Positions 9,085-17,048 of a stretch of DNA of 55,625 nucleotides are shown here, in pieces. This DNA comes from a bacterium (GTDB lineage: Bacteria > Auribacterota > UBA3054 > JAAYZF01). Below the pieces are notes generated by a model. It made no database searches and had not been told where the DNA came from. It saw only the letters and a list, made by a program, of their open reading frames with translations. How positions within the stretch are numbered: position 1 is the stretch's first letter; every line of letters starts with the position of its first letter. A program made the position numbers and the translations under genes. Where the stretch lies: contig JAAYZF010000159.1 of NCBI GenBank assembly GCA_012514975.1, forward strand, positions 1 to 55,625. The letters run 5' to 3'.

Positions 9085-10026
9085 ATGAAACAGCGCCAGA
9101 CCGCGACGCACGCAGCGCGCACCGCCGCGTCCAGCCCCAGGCTCCGCTCTCCTGTCGCGGGCGACATCGAGCAGTATCTCATCGGCGCCATCCCTGATGC
9201 GCGTCTGCCGGTCGATGCCGGCCATGCCGGGTACTCGGAATGGGGGCCAAAGGACGCGTATGAGCGCAACTGCAGGGCGTCGTTCTCGCTCGAACTCACG
9301 CTTTCCGGCGAAGGCGTCATGGACATCAACGGCGGACGCCACGTCGTCGCCGCGGGTGATCTTGTCATCATGCATCCCTGGGACTACTGCGCCTACCGTG
9401 CCGGCCCCGGCGGGTTCTGGCGCAAGGTGTACGTCTCATGCCATCCGAGCGGCATCGAGCAGATCGTGCGGTACCTGCGGCTTGACGGCGTGTCGCGCCT
9501 TCATCTGCCGCCGGCGCGGCTTCGCGAGGCGCGCCGCGTGTTCGGGCAGATCCTCCGTTGTGCGCGGACGCGTCCACGCGGGCATCGCGAGGCGATCTCG
9601 GCGCTGGTGTACCGTGTGCTGGTCATCGCCGCCCGGGAGACGGCGCGCCCCGCCGACACGCACTCCTATCCCGGGCAGGTGCGCCGCGCCATGGCCTGGG
9701 CCGAGGCGCACCGCCACGAGCCGGTCCGCGTCACTGCCCTTGCGCGCGCCGCGGGATGCAGTCTGCCGTATTTCAGCCGCCTGTTCAGCTCCGCCGTAGG
9801 AATCACTGCGCACGAATGGGTTTTGCGGATGAAGATGGAAGCCGCGCGCATGTTGCTGACAACCACCGCCATGAGAATTCATGAGGTCGCCGCGGCCACC
9901 GGCTTTGACGACCAGATGCATTTCAGCCGCGTGTTCCGCCGGAGTACCGGCGTGCCGCCCCGCGCATTCCGCGCACGCAGACGCAAAGGCGGCAGCGCGG
10001 CGCACGGGCAGCAGCACATGCGATGA
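9085..10026 (+). CDS. AraC/XylS family transcriptional regulator (cupin-like N-domain)
   Basis: C-terminal double HTH (HEWVLRMKMEAARMLLTTTAMRIHEVAAATGFDDQMHFSRVFRRSTGVPPRAFR). Divergent from the PEP-CTERM gene. Confidence 0.9.
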   Translation: MKQRQTATHAARTAASSPRLRSPVAGDIEQYLIGAIPDARLPVDAGHAGYSEWGPKDAYERNCRASFSLELTLSGEGVMDINGGRHVVAAGDLVIMHPWDYCAYRAGPGGFWRKVYVSCHPSGIEQIVRYLRLDGVSRLHLPPARLREARRVFGQILRCARTRPRGHREAISALVYRVLVIAARETARPADTHSYPGQVRRAMAWAEAHRHEPVRVTALARAAGCSLPYFSRLFSSAVGITAHEWVLRMKMEAARMLLTTTAMRIHEVAAATGFDDQMHFSRVFRRSTGVPPRAFRARRRKGGSAAHGQQHMR

Positions 10027-10098
10027 TCCTGCGGCCCGCGTCTGCTTCCTGACGTGTTTTGTCCCTCCTGCCGTGTATACTTGAGCCGGGCCGGCTGC

Positions 10099-10117
10099 GG
10101 AAAGGCCTTCCTTTTTT
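10099..10117 (+). terminator. Weak hairpin (GGAA-AGGCC-TTCC) plus T6 run downstream of the AraC gene
   Basis: Only a 4-bp stem, but it is followed by TTTTTT. A TATAAC box follows at 10131..10136. Confidence 0.25.
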
Positions 10118-10215
10118 CCCGTGTTTTTAGTATAACTGATGATGGCGTTTGCAGTTCAGCGAACCTTCGGAAGCACAGCCCCGCTGTACTCTCCGTCAGA
10201 ACCCAGGCGGCACTC

Positions 10216-13200
10216 GTGAAGGCAATCATCGATATCGACTCAGGATCAGCTGTTCAAACCCTTAACCTCCAGCTCGGCGACGCAGGCGAGGTCATCCGCA
10301 TCACCCGCCTGTGCATCGATTCGAGCGGCGTGATCGAGCTGCACATCGAGTCCGCCGACGCCGAGGCGATCGCGCACGTGCCCGCACTGCGCAAGGCAGT
10401 CTCGGCCTGGGCGGGCGAGCATGCCACACAGGTGGTCGTCCGCGCGCGCTATGCGTCGGAACAATCGGTTGAGGACTACCTGAGGACGCACTGGCAGGAC
10501 ATCTGCTACGAGCTTCGTTCGTGCGGCGAGAAAGTGCTCGGGTTCCTCGAACCCTCGGCGTGGAGCGTTTCAAACGGCCATCTTACCATCAGCGTCTGCA
10601 GCGATCTCGCCGCCAAGGCCCTCGATGAGCGCGGCTGCGGCGCGATACTCCAGCAGTGCATCAAGCGGGATATCGGCAGCGAGTGCATCGTGTCGTTCGC
10701 CGCCGGCGATTTCACCGCGCAGATCGAGCAGAACCTCCAGCAACGCATGGAAGCGGCGCAGGAGGAAGCCCGCGCGCAGGCCGAGCAACAGAGCGCCGAA
10801 CGGGGCAGGGTGGTCTACGACACCGGCAAGTGCAAGGCCGGTGAACCGCAGGGCATACGCGACATCATCACCACCGGCGCCGGGCGCAAGCCCGTCACCA
10901 TCGACGGAAAGATCATCTCGTTCGACCCGCCCAGAGCGGGCAACGATTTCAGCCCCGCGCGCTTCAGCATCACCGACTACACCTCGTCGATCGAGTGCGT
11001 CATCTTCTCCGGCAGCCGCGGCGGGCCGAACAGCGGGCCGAAACAGGGGCCGCCCATCCCGGCGCTCGCGCCCGGCGAATGGGTGCGCGCCACCGGGTCG
11101 CTTGAGCTGCGGATGCGCGACCGCAACGCCCTGCCCGACCAGGCGCCCGAGTTCAACGTGCGCATCGAGCGCATCGAGCGTATTGACGACCCGGCCCGGC
11201 AGGACGCGGCGGCTGACAAGCGCGTCGAGCTCCACGCGCATACGAAGATGAGCCAGATGGACGGCGTGACCGATCTTTCCGAGCTCGTGGCCCGCGCGGC
11301 CAGGTGGGGCCATCCGGCCATCGGTATCACGGACCACGGCAATGTCCATTGCTTCCCCGACCTCCATTCGCTCGCGCGGAAACACAAGATCAAGGCGCTC
11401 TTCGGCATGGAAGCCTATCTCGCCAACCACCCGGCCGAGATCGTCGCCGCCGTCGCAGGAAGGAAAGGCTCGGGCGACAAGGGGCTGACGCGCGACGACA
11501 AGGCGGATTTCATGCAGAAGGTGTTCCACATCATCCTCTACGTGAAAAACGCGAAGGGCCTGCGCAACCTGTATGACCTGGTCACCCTGTCCCATTGCGA
11601 GTATTTCTACGGCAAGCCGCTCATACCGCGCGAAGTGCTCGAGGCGAAGCGCGAGGGCCTTGTCGTCGGCTCCGCGTGCGAACGCGGCGAAATCTACCGC
11701 CTGGCCCTCGAGCTGCATACGAAACGCATCACGCAGGCTGAATTCGAGGAACGCATCAGCCATGCAGCCCCGTTGTACGACTACTTCGAGATTCAGCCGC
11801 TCGCGAACAACCTGTTCTATGTAGCCAAGGGCATCCTGCAGTCGGAAGACGATCTCAAGGCGATCAACAGGAGAATCTGCGACGAGGGCGCGCGCCTTGG
11901 CAAGCCGGTCGCCGCCACCGGCGACGTCCATGTGCTCGATGAGCACGAAACGCTCTACCGCCGCATCCTCCACGTTGGCCAGGACTACGAAGCGGGCGGC
12001 GACGAGAGCGACACGCCCCTGTTCTTCCGCACGACGGGCGAGATGCTCGCCGAGTTCGCCTACCTGGGCGACGAGACGGCCCGCGCGGTCGTCATCGACA
12101 ACCCGCGCAGGATCATCGACGCGGTCGAGAGCGTCAGCCCGATCCCCTCCGGCTTCCATCCGCCCACAATCGACGGGTCGGAAGACGAGCTCACACGCCT
12201 GTGCGCCTCACGCTGCGCCGAGCTGTACGGAGAGCACCCGCATCCACTGGTGCTCAAACGGATGCACCGCGAGCTGGACGACATCATCCGCAACCATTTC
12301 GCCGACCTGTACATGCTCGCGCAGAAGCTCGTCAGGAAATCGCTCGATGACGGCTACATCGTCGGCTCGCGCGGCAGCGTCGGCTCGAGTTTCGTCGCGT
12401 TTCTCAGCGGCATCACCGAGGTGAACAGCCTGCCCGCGCATTACACCTGCCCGCGGTGCTTCCGCACCGAGTTCATCCACTTCGACGACAAGGGCGAGCC
12501 GCGCGCCGAGCCGCTCGACGGCATCGCCGTGGAAGTCGGCGTCGACCTCCCGCCCCGCGCGTGCCCTGCGTGCAAAACGGAGATGAACCGCGACGGATTC
12601 GACATTCCCTTCGAGACCTTCGTCGGCTTCGAGGGCAACAAGACGCCCGACATCGATCTGAACTTTGCCAGCGAGTATCAGTCGCGCGCCCATCAGTACG
12701 TCGAGCAGCTTTTCGGCAGGGAGTTTGTCTTCCGCGCAGGCACGATTGCCACGCTGCAGGACCGCACAACGTTCGGGTTCGTCAAGAAGTACCTCGAGCA
12801 GACGGGCGAGCAGTGGCCCGCCGCGGAGATCAACCGCATTGCGCTCGGGCTCACCGGCATCAAACGGACCACCGGGCAGCATCCGGGCGGCATGATCATC
12901 CTGCCCAAGAACAAAGCCATCACCGAGTTCACGCCCGTACACTTCCCTGCCAACGATGCGCGGAAGGGCCAGCAGACCACGCATTTCGACTATCACTCGA
13001 TGGAAGAGCAACTGCTCAAGCTCGACATCCTCGGCCATGACGACCCGACCAAGATTCGCCTGCTCACCGAGTACCTCGGCACGGATGTCACCGCGGTCCC
13101 GCTGAATGACAAGGCGACGCTGAGCATCTTCGCGGGCCTGTCGGCGCTCAACGTGCGCGAGCAGGACATCGGCACGCCGGTCGGCACGTTCGGCATCCCC

Positions 13201-14322
13201 GAGTTCGGCACCGAGTTCGTCCGCGGCATGCTCATCGACACGCGGCCAAAAACGTTTGCCGACCTGATCCGGATATCGGGTCTCAGCCACGGCACCGACG
13301 TGTGGCTGAACAACGCGCGCGACATCATCAAGGAGGGCCGTGCCACGCTCGCCCAGGTGATCTGCACACGCGACGACATCATGAACGGCCTCATTGCCAA
13401 GGGCATGGAACCACGCCGCGCGTTCAAAATCATGGAACAGGTGCGCAAGGGAAAAGGCCTGTCGCCCGATGACGTCAAACACATGCGGCAGCACGGCGTG
13501 CCCGAGTGGTACGTCGACTCGTGCCAGAAAATCAAGTACATGTTCCCCAAGGCCCATGCGGTGGCCTATGTGCTGAACGCAATGCGCGTCGCCTACTGCA
13601 AAGTACATCACCCGGTCGCCTACTATGCCACCATGTTCACCATCATGCGCGAAGCGGCGGACGCGGTGACGATTGCCAGGGGACGCGATGCGATCAAGGC
13701 GCGGCTGCAGGAACTGCTGCGCGCCGGCCGCCGCAATCTCAACGCCAATGAGCAGGATACCCTCAACGCACTCGAACTTGCGATGGAGATGACGTGCCGC
13801 GGCATCAGGATGCGCGCGGTGGACATCGACAAGTCCGAGGCGACGAAGTGCGTGATCGAGAACAATGAGATCATCCCGCCGTTCACCACATTCCCAGGCC
13901 TCGGCGCCTCCGCCGCCGAATCGGTCATCGAGGCGCGCGGCCGCGGCCCGTTCTCGAGCCGCGAGGATTTCCTCCGCCGCACGAAATGCAACCGCACGAT
14001 CGTCGAGCAGATGGCCGCCGCAGGCATCCTGTCTCACCTGGCCGAGAGCGACCAGATGGATTTGATGGACATGCTTGGCGGCGGGCAGCCAGCCCACGCG
14101 CCGGCAGGCACGCCGGCAGACGCCGCACACGAGAGCGCGCCCGTCAAGGCCGCGTCGGCTTCGGTCGATGACATCGCCGCGGCCGCGGTTGCCGATGCGG
14201 CGCCCGTTCATCCCGCGGAACCGGCGCCCGGGAAGAAGTCGCGCGCGAAAAAGGCCGCCGGCAGGAAACCCGAGCCGCCGCCAGCACCCCCTCCTGCTGC
14301 GCCGGAAGCATCACTGTTCTGA
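10216..14322 (+). CDS. polC: DNA polymerase III alpha subunit, PolC type, lacking the 3'-5' exonuclease insertion
   Basis: PolC hallmarks: an OB-like segment, PHP motifs ELHAHTKMSQMDG and ITDHG, YIVGSRGSVGSSFVAF, the Zn-finger HYTCPRC...CPACK, GFDIPFETFVGFEGNKTPDIDLNF, and TGQHPGGMIILP. The maximal ORF starts at GTG 10054. I prefer GTG 10216 because a T-run hairpin and a TATAAC box lie between them. The start is uncertain. Confidence 0.9.
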   Translation: MKAIIDIDSGSAVQTLNLQLGDAGEVIRITRLCIDSSGVIELHIESADAEAIAHVPALRKAVSAWAGEHATQVVVRARYASEQSVEDYLRTHWQDICYELRSCGEKVLGFLEPSAWSVSNGHLTISVCSDLAAKALDERGCGAILQQCIKRDIGSECIVSFAAGDFTAQIEQNLQQRMEAAQEEARAQAEQQSAERGRVVYDTGKCKAGEPQGIRDIITTGAGRKPVTIDGKIISFDPPRAGNDFSPARFSITDYTSSIECVIFSGSRGGPNSGPKQGPPIPALAPGEWVRATGSLELRMRDRNALPDQAPEFNVRIERIERIDDPARQDAAADKRVELHAHTKMSQMDGVTDLSELVARAARWGHPAIGITDHGNVHCFPDLHSLARKHKIKALFGMEAYLANHPAEIVAAVAGRKGSGDKGLTRDDKADFMQKVFHIILYVKNAKGLRNLYDLVTLSHCEYFYGKPLIPREVLEAKREGLVVGSACERGEIYRLALELHTKRITQAEFEERISHAAPLYDYFEIQPLANNLFYVAKGILQSEDDLKAINRRICDEGARLGKPVAATGDVHVLDEHETLYRRILHVGQDYEAGGDESDTPLFFRTTGEMLAEFAYLGDETARAVVIDNPRRIIDAVESVSPIPSGFHPPTIDGSEDELTRLCASRCAELYGEHPHPLVLKRMHRELDDIIRNHFADLYMLAQKLVRKSLDDGYIVGSRGSVGSSFVAFLSGITEVNSLPAHYTCPRCFRTEFIHFDDKGEPRAEPLDGIAVEVGVDLPPRACPACKTEMNRDGFDIPFETFVGFEGNKTPDIDLNFASEYQSRAHQYVEQLFGREFVFRAGTIATLQDRTTFGFVKKYLEQTGEQWPAAEINRIALGLTGIKRTTGQHPGGMIILPKNKAITEFTPVHFPANDARKGQQTTHFDYHSMEEQLLKLDILGHDDPTKIRLLTEYLGTDVTAVPLNDKATLSIFAGLSALNVREQDIGTPVGTFGIPEFGTEFVRGMLIDTRPKTFADLIRISGLSHGTDVWLNNARDIIKEGRATLAQVICTRDDIMNGLIAKGMEPRRAFKIMEQVRKGKGLSPDDVKHMRQHGVPEWYVDSCQKIKYMFPKAHAVAYVLNAMRVAYCKVHHPVAYYATMFTIMREAADAVTIARGRDAIKARLQELLRAGRRNLNANEQDTLNALELAMEMTCRGIRMRAVDIDKSEATKCVIENNEIIPPFTTFPGLGASAAESVIEARGRGPFSSREDFLRRTKCNRTIVEQMAAAGILSHLAESDQMDLMDMLGGGQPAHAPAGTPADAAHESAPVKAASASVDDIAAAAVADAAPVHPAEPAPGKKSRAKKAAGRKPEPPPAPPPAAPEASLF

Positions 14323-14332
14323 GCAGGGCAGC

Positions 14333-14380
14333 CGGGACAGGGATGTCCCTCGCAGGAAAATCGGGACAGGGATGTCCCTC
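14333..14380. repeat. Two copies of a 19-nt hairpin-forming unit CGGGACAGGGATGTCCCTC between convergent polC and sulfatase genes
   Basis: Copies at 14333..14351 and 14362..14380. Each contains GGGACA/TGTCCC arms. Likely a bidirectional terminator-like structure. Confidence 0.55.
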
Positions 14381-15721
14381 CTACTTTGAGCGCGTATCGA
14401 GATATTCCTTCATCGCGCGGTCGTAATAGGGCGTGCGTTCGGGGCCATGGAGAATGTAATCGTCGATTCGCTCCATCCATGCCCAGAGCCGCTGCTTCAT
14501 TCCCGCCTCGATCTCCAGCGCGGCGCGTTCGGCGCCTGTGCGATGGTGCGCGAGCTCGTCGCTGCTCGACCCCGCGTGGGTAAAGGGGCGGACAGATGAC
14601 AGATTGGCGCTCTCAAGCGGGTCCTGCTGGAGATCGTAGAGTTCCCATGGCGCCCACGCAGGCATGCGTTGCGGGCGTTCCATCAGCACGGGCACGGCCA
14701 GCGCCGCATGGGGAGAGATGTTCCAGATCAGCTTGTGCGTGCGCGTGCGGATCGCGCGATGGCTGCTGAGGAACGTGGCGTGGATTTCGTCGCGGGCAGG
14801 CGTGCGGGGGAATCGTGGAAAGACGCCGGAGAAGCTCTGGCCATGCAGATTGGCCGGCTTGGGCAGATCGACAAGATCGAGCAGCGTGGGCAGGTAATCC
14901 ACATTGCTTAGCAGCGCATCGCACACCGTGCCGCCCGCGATACCCCGTTTGGGCCAGCGGATGATGAGCGGAATCTCGATGCCGGGGTCGTAGAGCGTCG
15001 CCTTTGCACGCGGAAACTCGACGCCGTGGTCGCTGGTAAAGATGACGATCGTGTTGTCGTCGAGCGCAAGCTCGCGCAGCGCTGTGAAGATGACGCCGGC
15101 ACACTCGTCTGCCTTGCGGATCATGCCCTGCTGCTGGGCGAGCTCGGCGCGCGCGCGGGGCGAGTCCGCCAGGAAAGGCGGCTGGTACACGCCGCGCTCC
15201 GCGTCCGGTTTCACGCCGCCGAACGTGTGCGGGCGATGCACTTCGAAGAAGCCGGCCTGCAGATAGAACGGCTTGTCCTGCCGCTGCGCATGGGCGCGCA
15301 GCCATTCGACCACGCGGGTGGCCACGACATCGCATGGCGGCAGCGGATCGTTCAGGTGGATTTCCTGGAAACCAAGGGAATCGCGCACCTTGTCATGCGT
15401 CGTTTCATGCTGCCAGCCGACAAGGCAGGTGTGCCAGCCGGCATCGCGCAGGATGTGCGAGAGGTGCCGCTCTCCGGCGTTGAGCGAGTAGTTCTCCGGC
15501 GCGTGGCACAGGCCGATGACGCCGATCGCCTGGGGGTAGCGGCCGGTAAGCGCGCACGCGCGGCTCGGGCTGCACACGGCTGATGTCGCCCAGTAGTTGG
15601 TGAACCGCATGCCGTCGGCGGCGAGCTGGTCGATGTGGGGCGTGACGAGTTCCTTTCTGCCATAGCAGTTGAGGAACCGGCCAACGTCGTGCCACGTCAG
15701 ATGCAGGATGTTTGGTTTCAT
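14381..15721 (-). CDS. Sulfatase (canonical Cys-x-Pro-x-Arg type), apparently cytoplasmic
   Basis: MKPNILHLTWHD..., signature CSPSRACALTGR, later TSDHG. The ATG at 15721 overlaps the upstream gene stop (ATGA). The track ORF extends to 15793, but that extension overlaps the upstream gene. Confidence 0.9.
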   Translation of the reverse strand: MKPNILHLTWHDVGRFLNCYGRKELVTPHIDQLAADGMRFTNYWATSAVCSPSRACALTGRYPQAIGVIGLCHAPENYSLNAGERHLSHILRDAGWHTCLVGWQHETTHDKVRDSLGFQEIHLNDPLPPCDVVATRVVEWLRAHAQRQDKPFYLQAGFFEVHRPHTFGGVKPDAERGVYQPPFLADSPRARAELAQQQGMIRKADECAGVIFTALRELALDDNTIVIFTSDHGVEFPRAKATLYDPGIEIPLIIRWPKRGIAGGTVCDALLSNVDYLPTLLDLVDLPKPANLHGQSFSGVFPRFPRTPARDEIHATFLSSHRAIRTRTHKLIWNISPHAALAVPVLMERPQRMPAWAPWELYDLQQDPLESANLSSVRPFTHAGSSSDELAHHRTGAERAALEIEAGMKQRLWAWMERIDDYILHGPERTPYYDRAMKEYLDTRSK

Positions 15722-16968
15722 TGCCGGGCCTCTGAGATGAGCTGGGTGATCCGTTGCCTGTCCTCCTCGCCTGCTGCCGCGCCACGCCAGCATTCATCAA
15801 GGACCGCGCGCATCGGCCGCGGGTCGTCCGCCTGCACGGCGCGCACGGCGGCGGCGGCGGCGCGCGCATAGCGCCGTGGCTCGATCCCCTGGCCGAGCGC
15901 GAGGCGCATCGTGCCGACAAGCCGGTCGTTCCACCCGAGCTTCCGCTTGGGGTCCCGGATGACGCGCGCAACGGCGTCACGCAGGTACGGATTCACCATG
16001 CGGATCAGCAGGTCGTCCGCATAGGCTTGATAGCCCTCCGGGGTGAACAGCGGATCAACGCCCGCGTGCTTTCTGCACAGCGCGGCGCCTGATTCCTCGA
16101 TGAACGCGTCGCGCGCGAACCGCATCAGCCCGCCTTCGTGCGCCGCATCGGCGATGTACTGGCAGCCGCGCTCATGTGCCAGGTAGCCAATGAGGGCATG
16201 TGTGGCGTTGTGCCCGTACAGCTTCGCCTCCTCGAACGGCAGCAGGTCCTCTCTTTCCTCAAAGACCAGTATGTGTCTTCTGAACCCTTCGCCGCTGGTT
16301 TTCGTGATGAGAATCCGGTTGAATTCCTCGACAAGGAAGCAGCGCAACAGCCCCGGACACATGGGCGCAAGCCACTGCTCGGTCATCTGCGCGGCATCGG
16401 TGACGACGCCGCTCATCTTCCCGATGACCGTGTTGAGGCACTGGGCTGCGCGATGAAGGTTCCGCGGCGTGACGCCGAGCGTGTCGCAGAGGAGCGCATC
16501 AAGGATTTCCGCCGCGTGATTGTCGTTCTCCGCCGTGTAGATCAGCGCGGGGACGGGCTGCGCGGCAGCGAGCTTCTGCCTGATGCCGTCCGCGAGAAGC
16601 GCGGCGGCAGACGCGCTGCCCCCCGTGTCATAGAACGCCACGCTTGGCAGCGCCGTGGCGATCTCGGTCGCGCAGGCGATGGCCTCGACCAGTTTCGCCC
16701 GGTCGGCAGGCACGGCGGGATTGTACATCTCGATCCCGGAGACCTCGTGGCGCTCGATGCCGCCCGGCGTGGCAATGTTGAGCATGTAGCGCCCGCCCGC
16801 GTTGCGCACGGCATCGACCACCTCGGGCAGCACCTCGGCAACGACAAGGCGCGTGAACGCGCGCGTCTGCTGCGCCTCGAAGAGAAACAGGCCGGCCTGG
16901 ATCGCGCCGAAACCGACGCCGACGAAGCTGGGTGCTGTCTGAGAAATGTCATTCGTGCCTTTCCGCAT
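15718..16968 (-). CDS. Mannitol-1-phosphate 5-dehydrogenase family (polyol/polyol-phosphate dehydrogenase)
   Basis: By eye, collinear with my recollection of MtlD: FVGVGFGAIQAGLF (dinucleotide fold), EAKLYGHNATHALIGYL, NPYLRDAVARVIRDPKRKLGWNDRL. The ATG at 16968 is chosen. The track start at 17022 is TTG. Confidence 0.75.
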   Translation of the reverse strand: MRKGTNDISQTAPSFVGVGFGAIQAGLFLFEAQQTRAFTRLVVAEVLPEVVDAVRNAGGRYMLNIATPGGIERHEVSGIEMYNPAVPADRAKLVEAIACATEIATALPSVAFYDTGGSASAAALLADGIRQKLAAAQPVPALIYTAENDNHAAEILDALLCDTLGVTPRNLHRAAQCLNTVIGKMSGVVTDAAQMTEQWLAPMCPGLLRCFLVEEFNRILITKTSGEGFRRHILVFEEREDLLPFEEAKLYGHNATHALIGYLAHERGCQYIADAAHEGGLMRFARDAFIEESGAALCRKHAGVDPLFTPEGYQAYADDLLIRMVNPYLRDAVARVIRDPKRKLGWNDRLVGTMRLALGQGIEPRRYARAAAAAVRAVQADDPRPMRAVLDECWRGAAAGEEDRQRITQLISEARQ

Positions 16969-17048
16969 CGTACTCGTTCTCGTCGTCGTTTTCGTCCTCG
17001 GTTGTGCGCGCCGTTCGCGCAATCGGTTATTCGCGGCGTCTGTGTTGT

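Noticed and set aside
10570-14211. Two long minus-strand ORFs (10570..12159, 529 aa; 12208..14211, 667 aa)
   Set aside because: Both are antisense to polC, whose motifs are unambiguous. The translations are R/A/G/D/V-rich with no domains.
14333-14380. Possible CRISPR-like repeat
   Set aside because: There are only two 19-nt copies with a 10-nt spacer-equivalent and no cas genes. It is better explained as terminator or REP-like hairpins.
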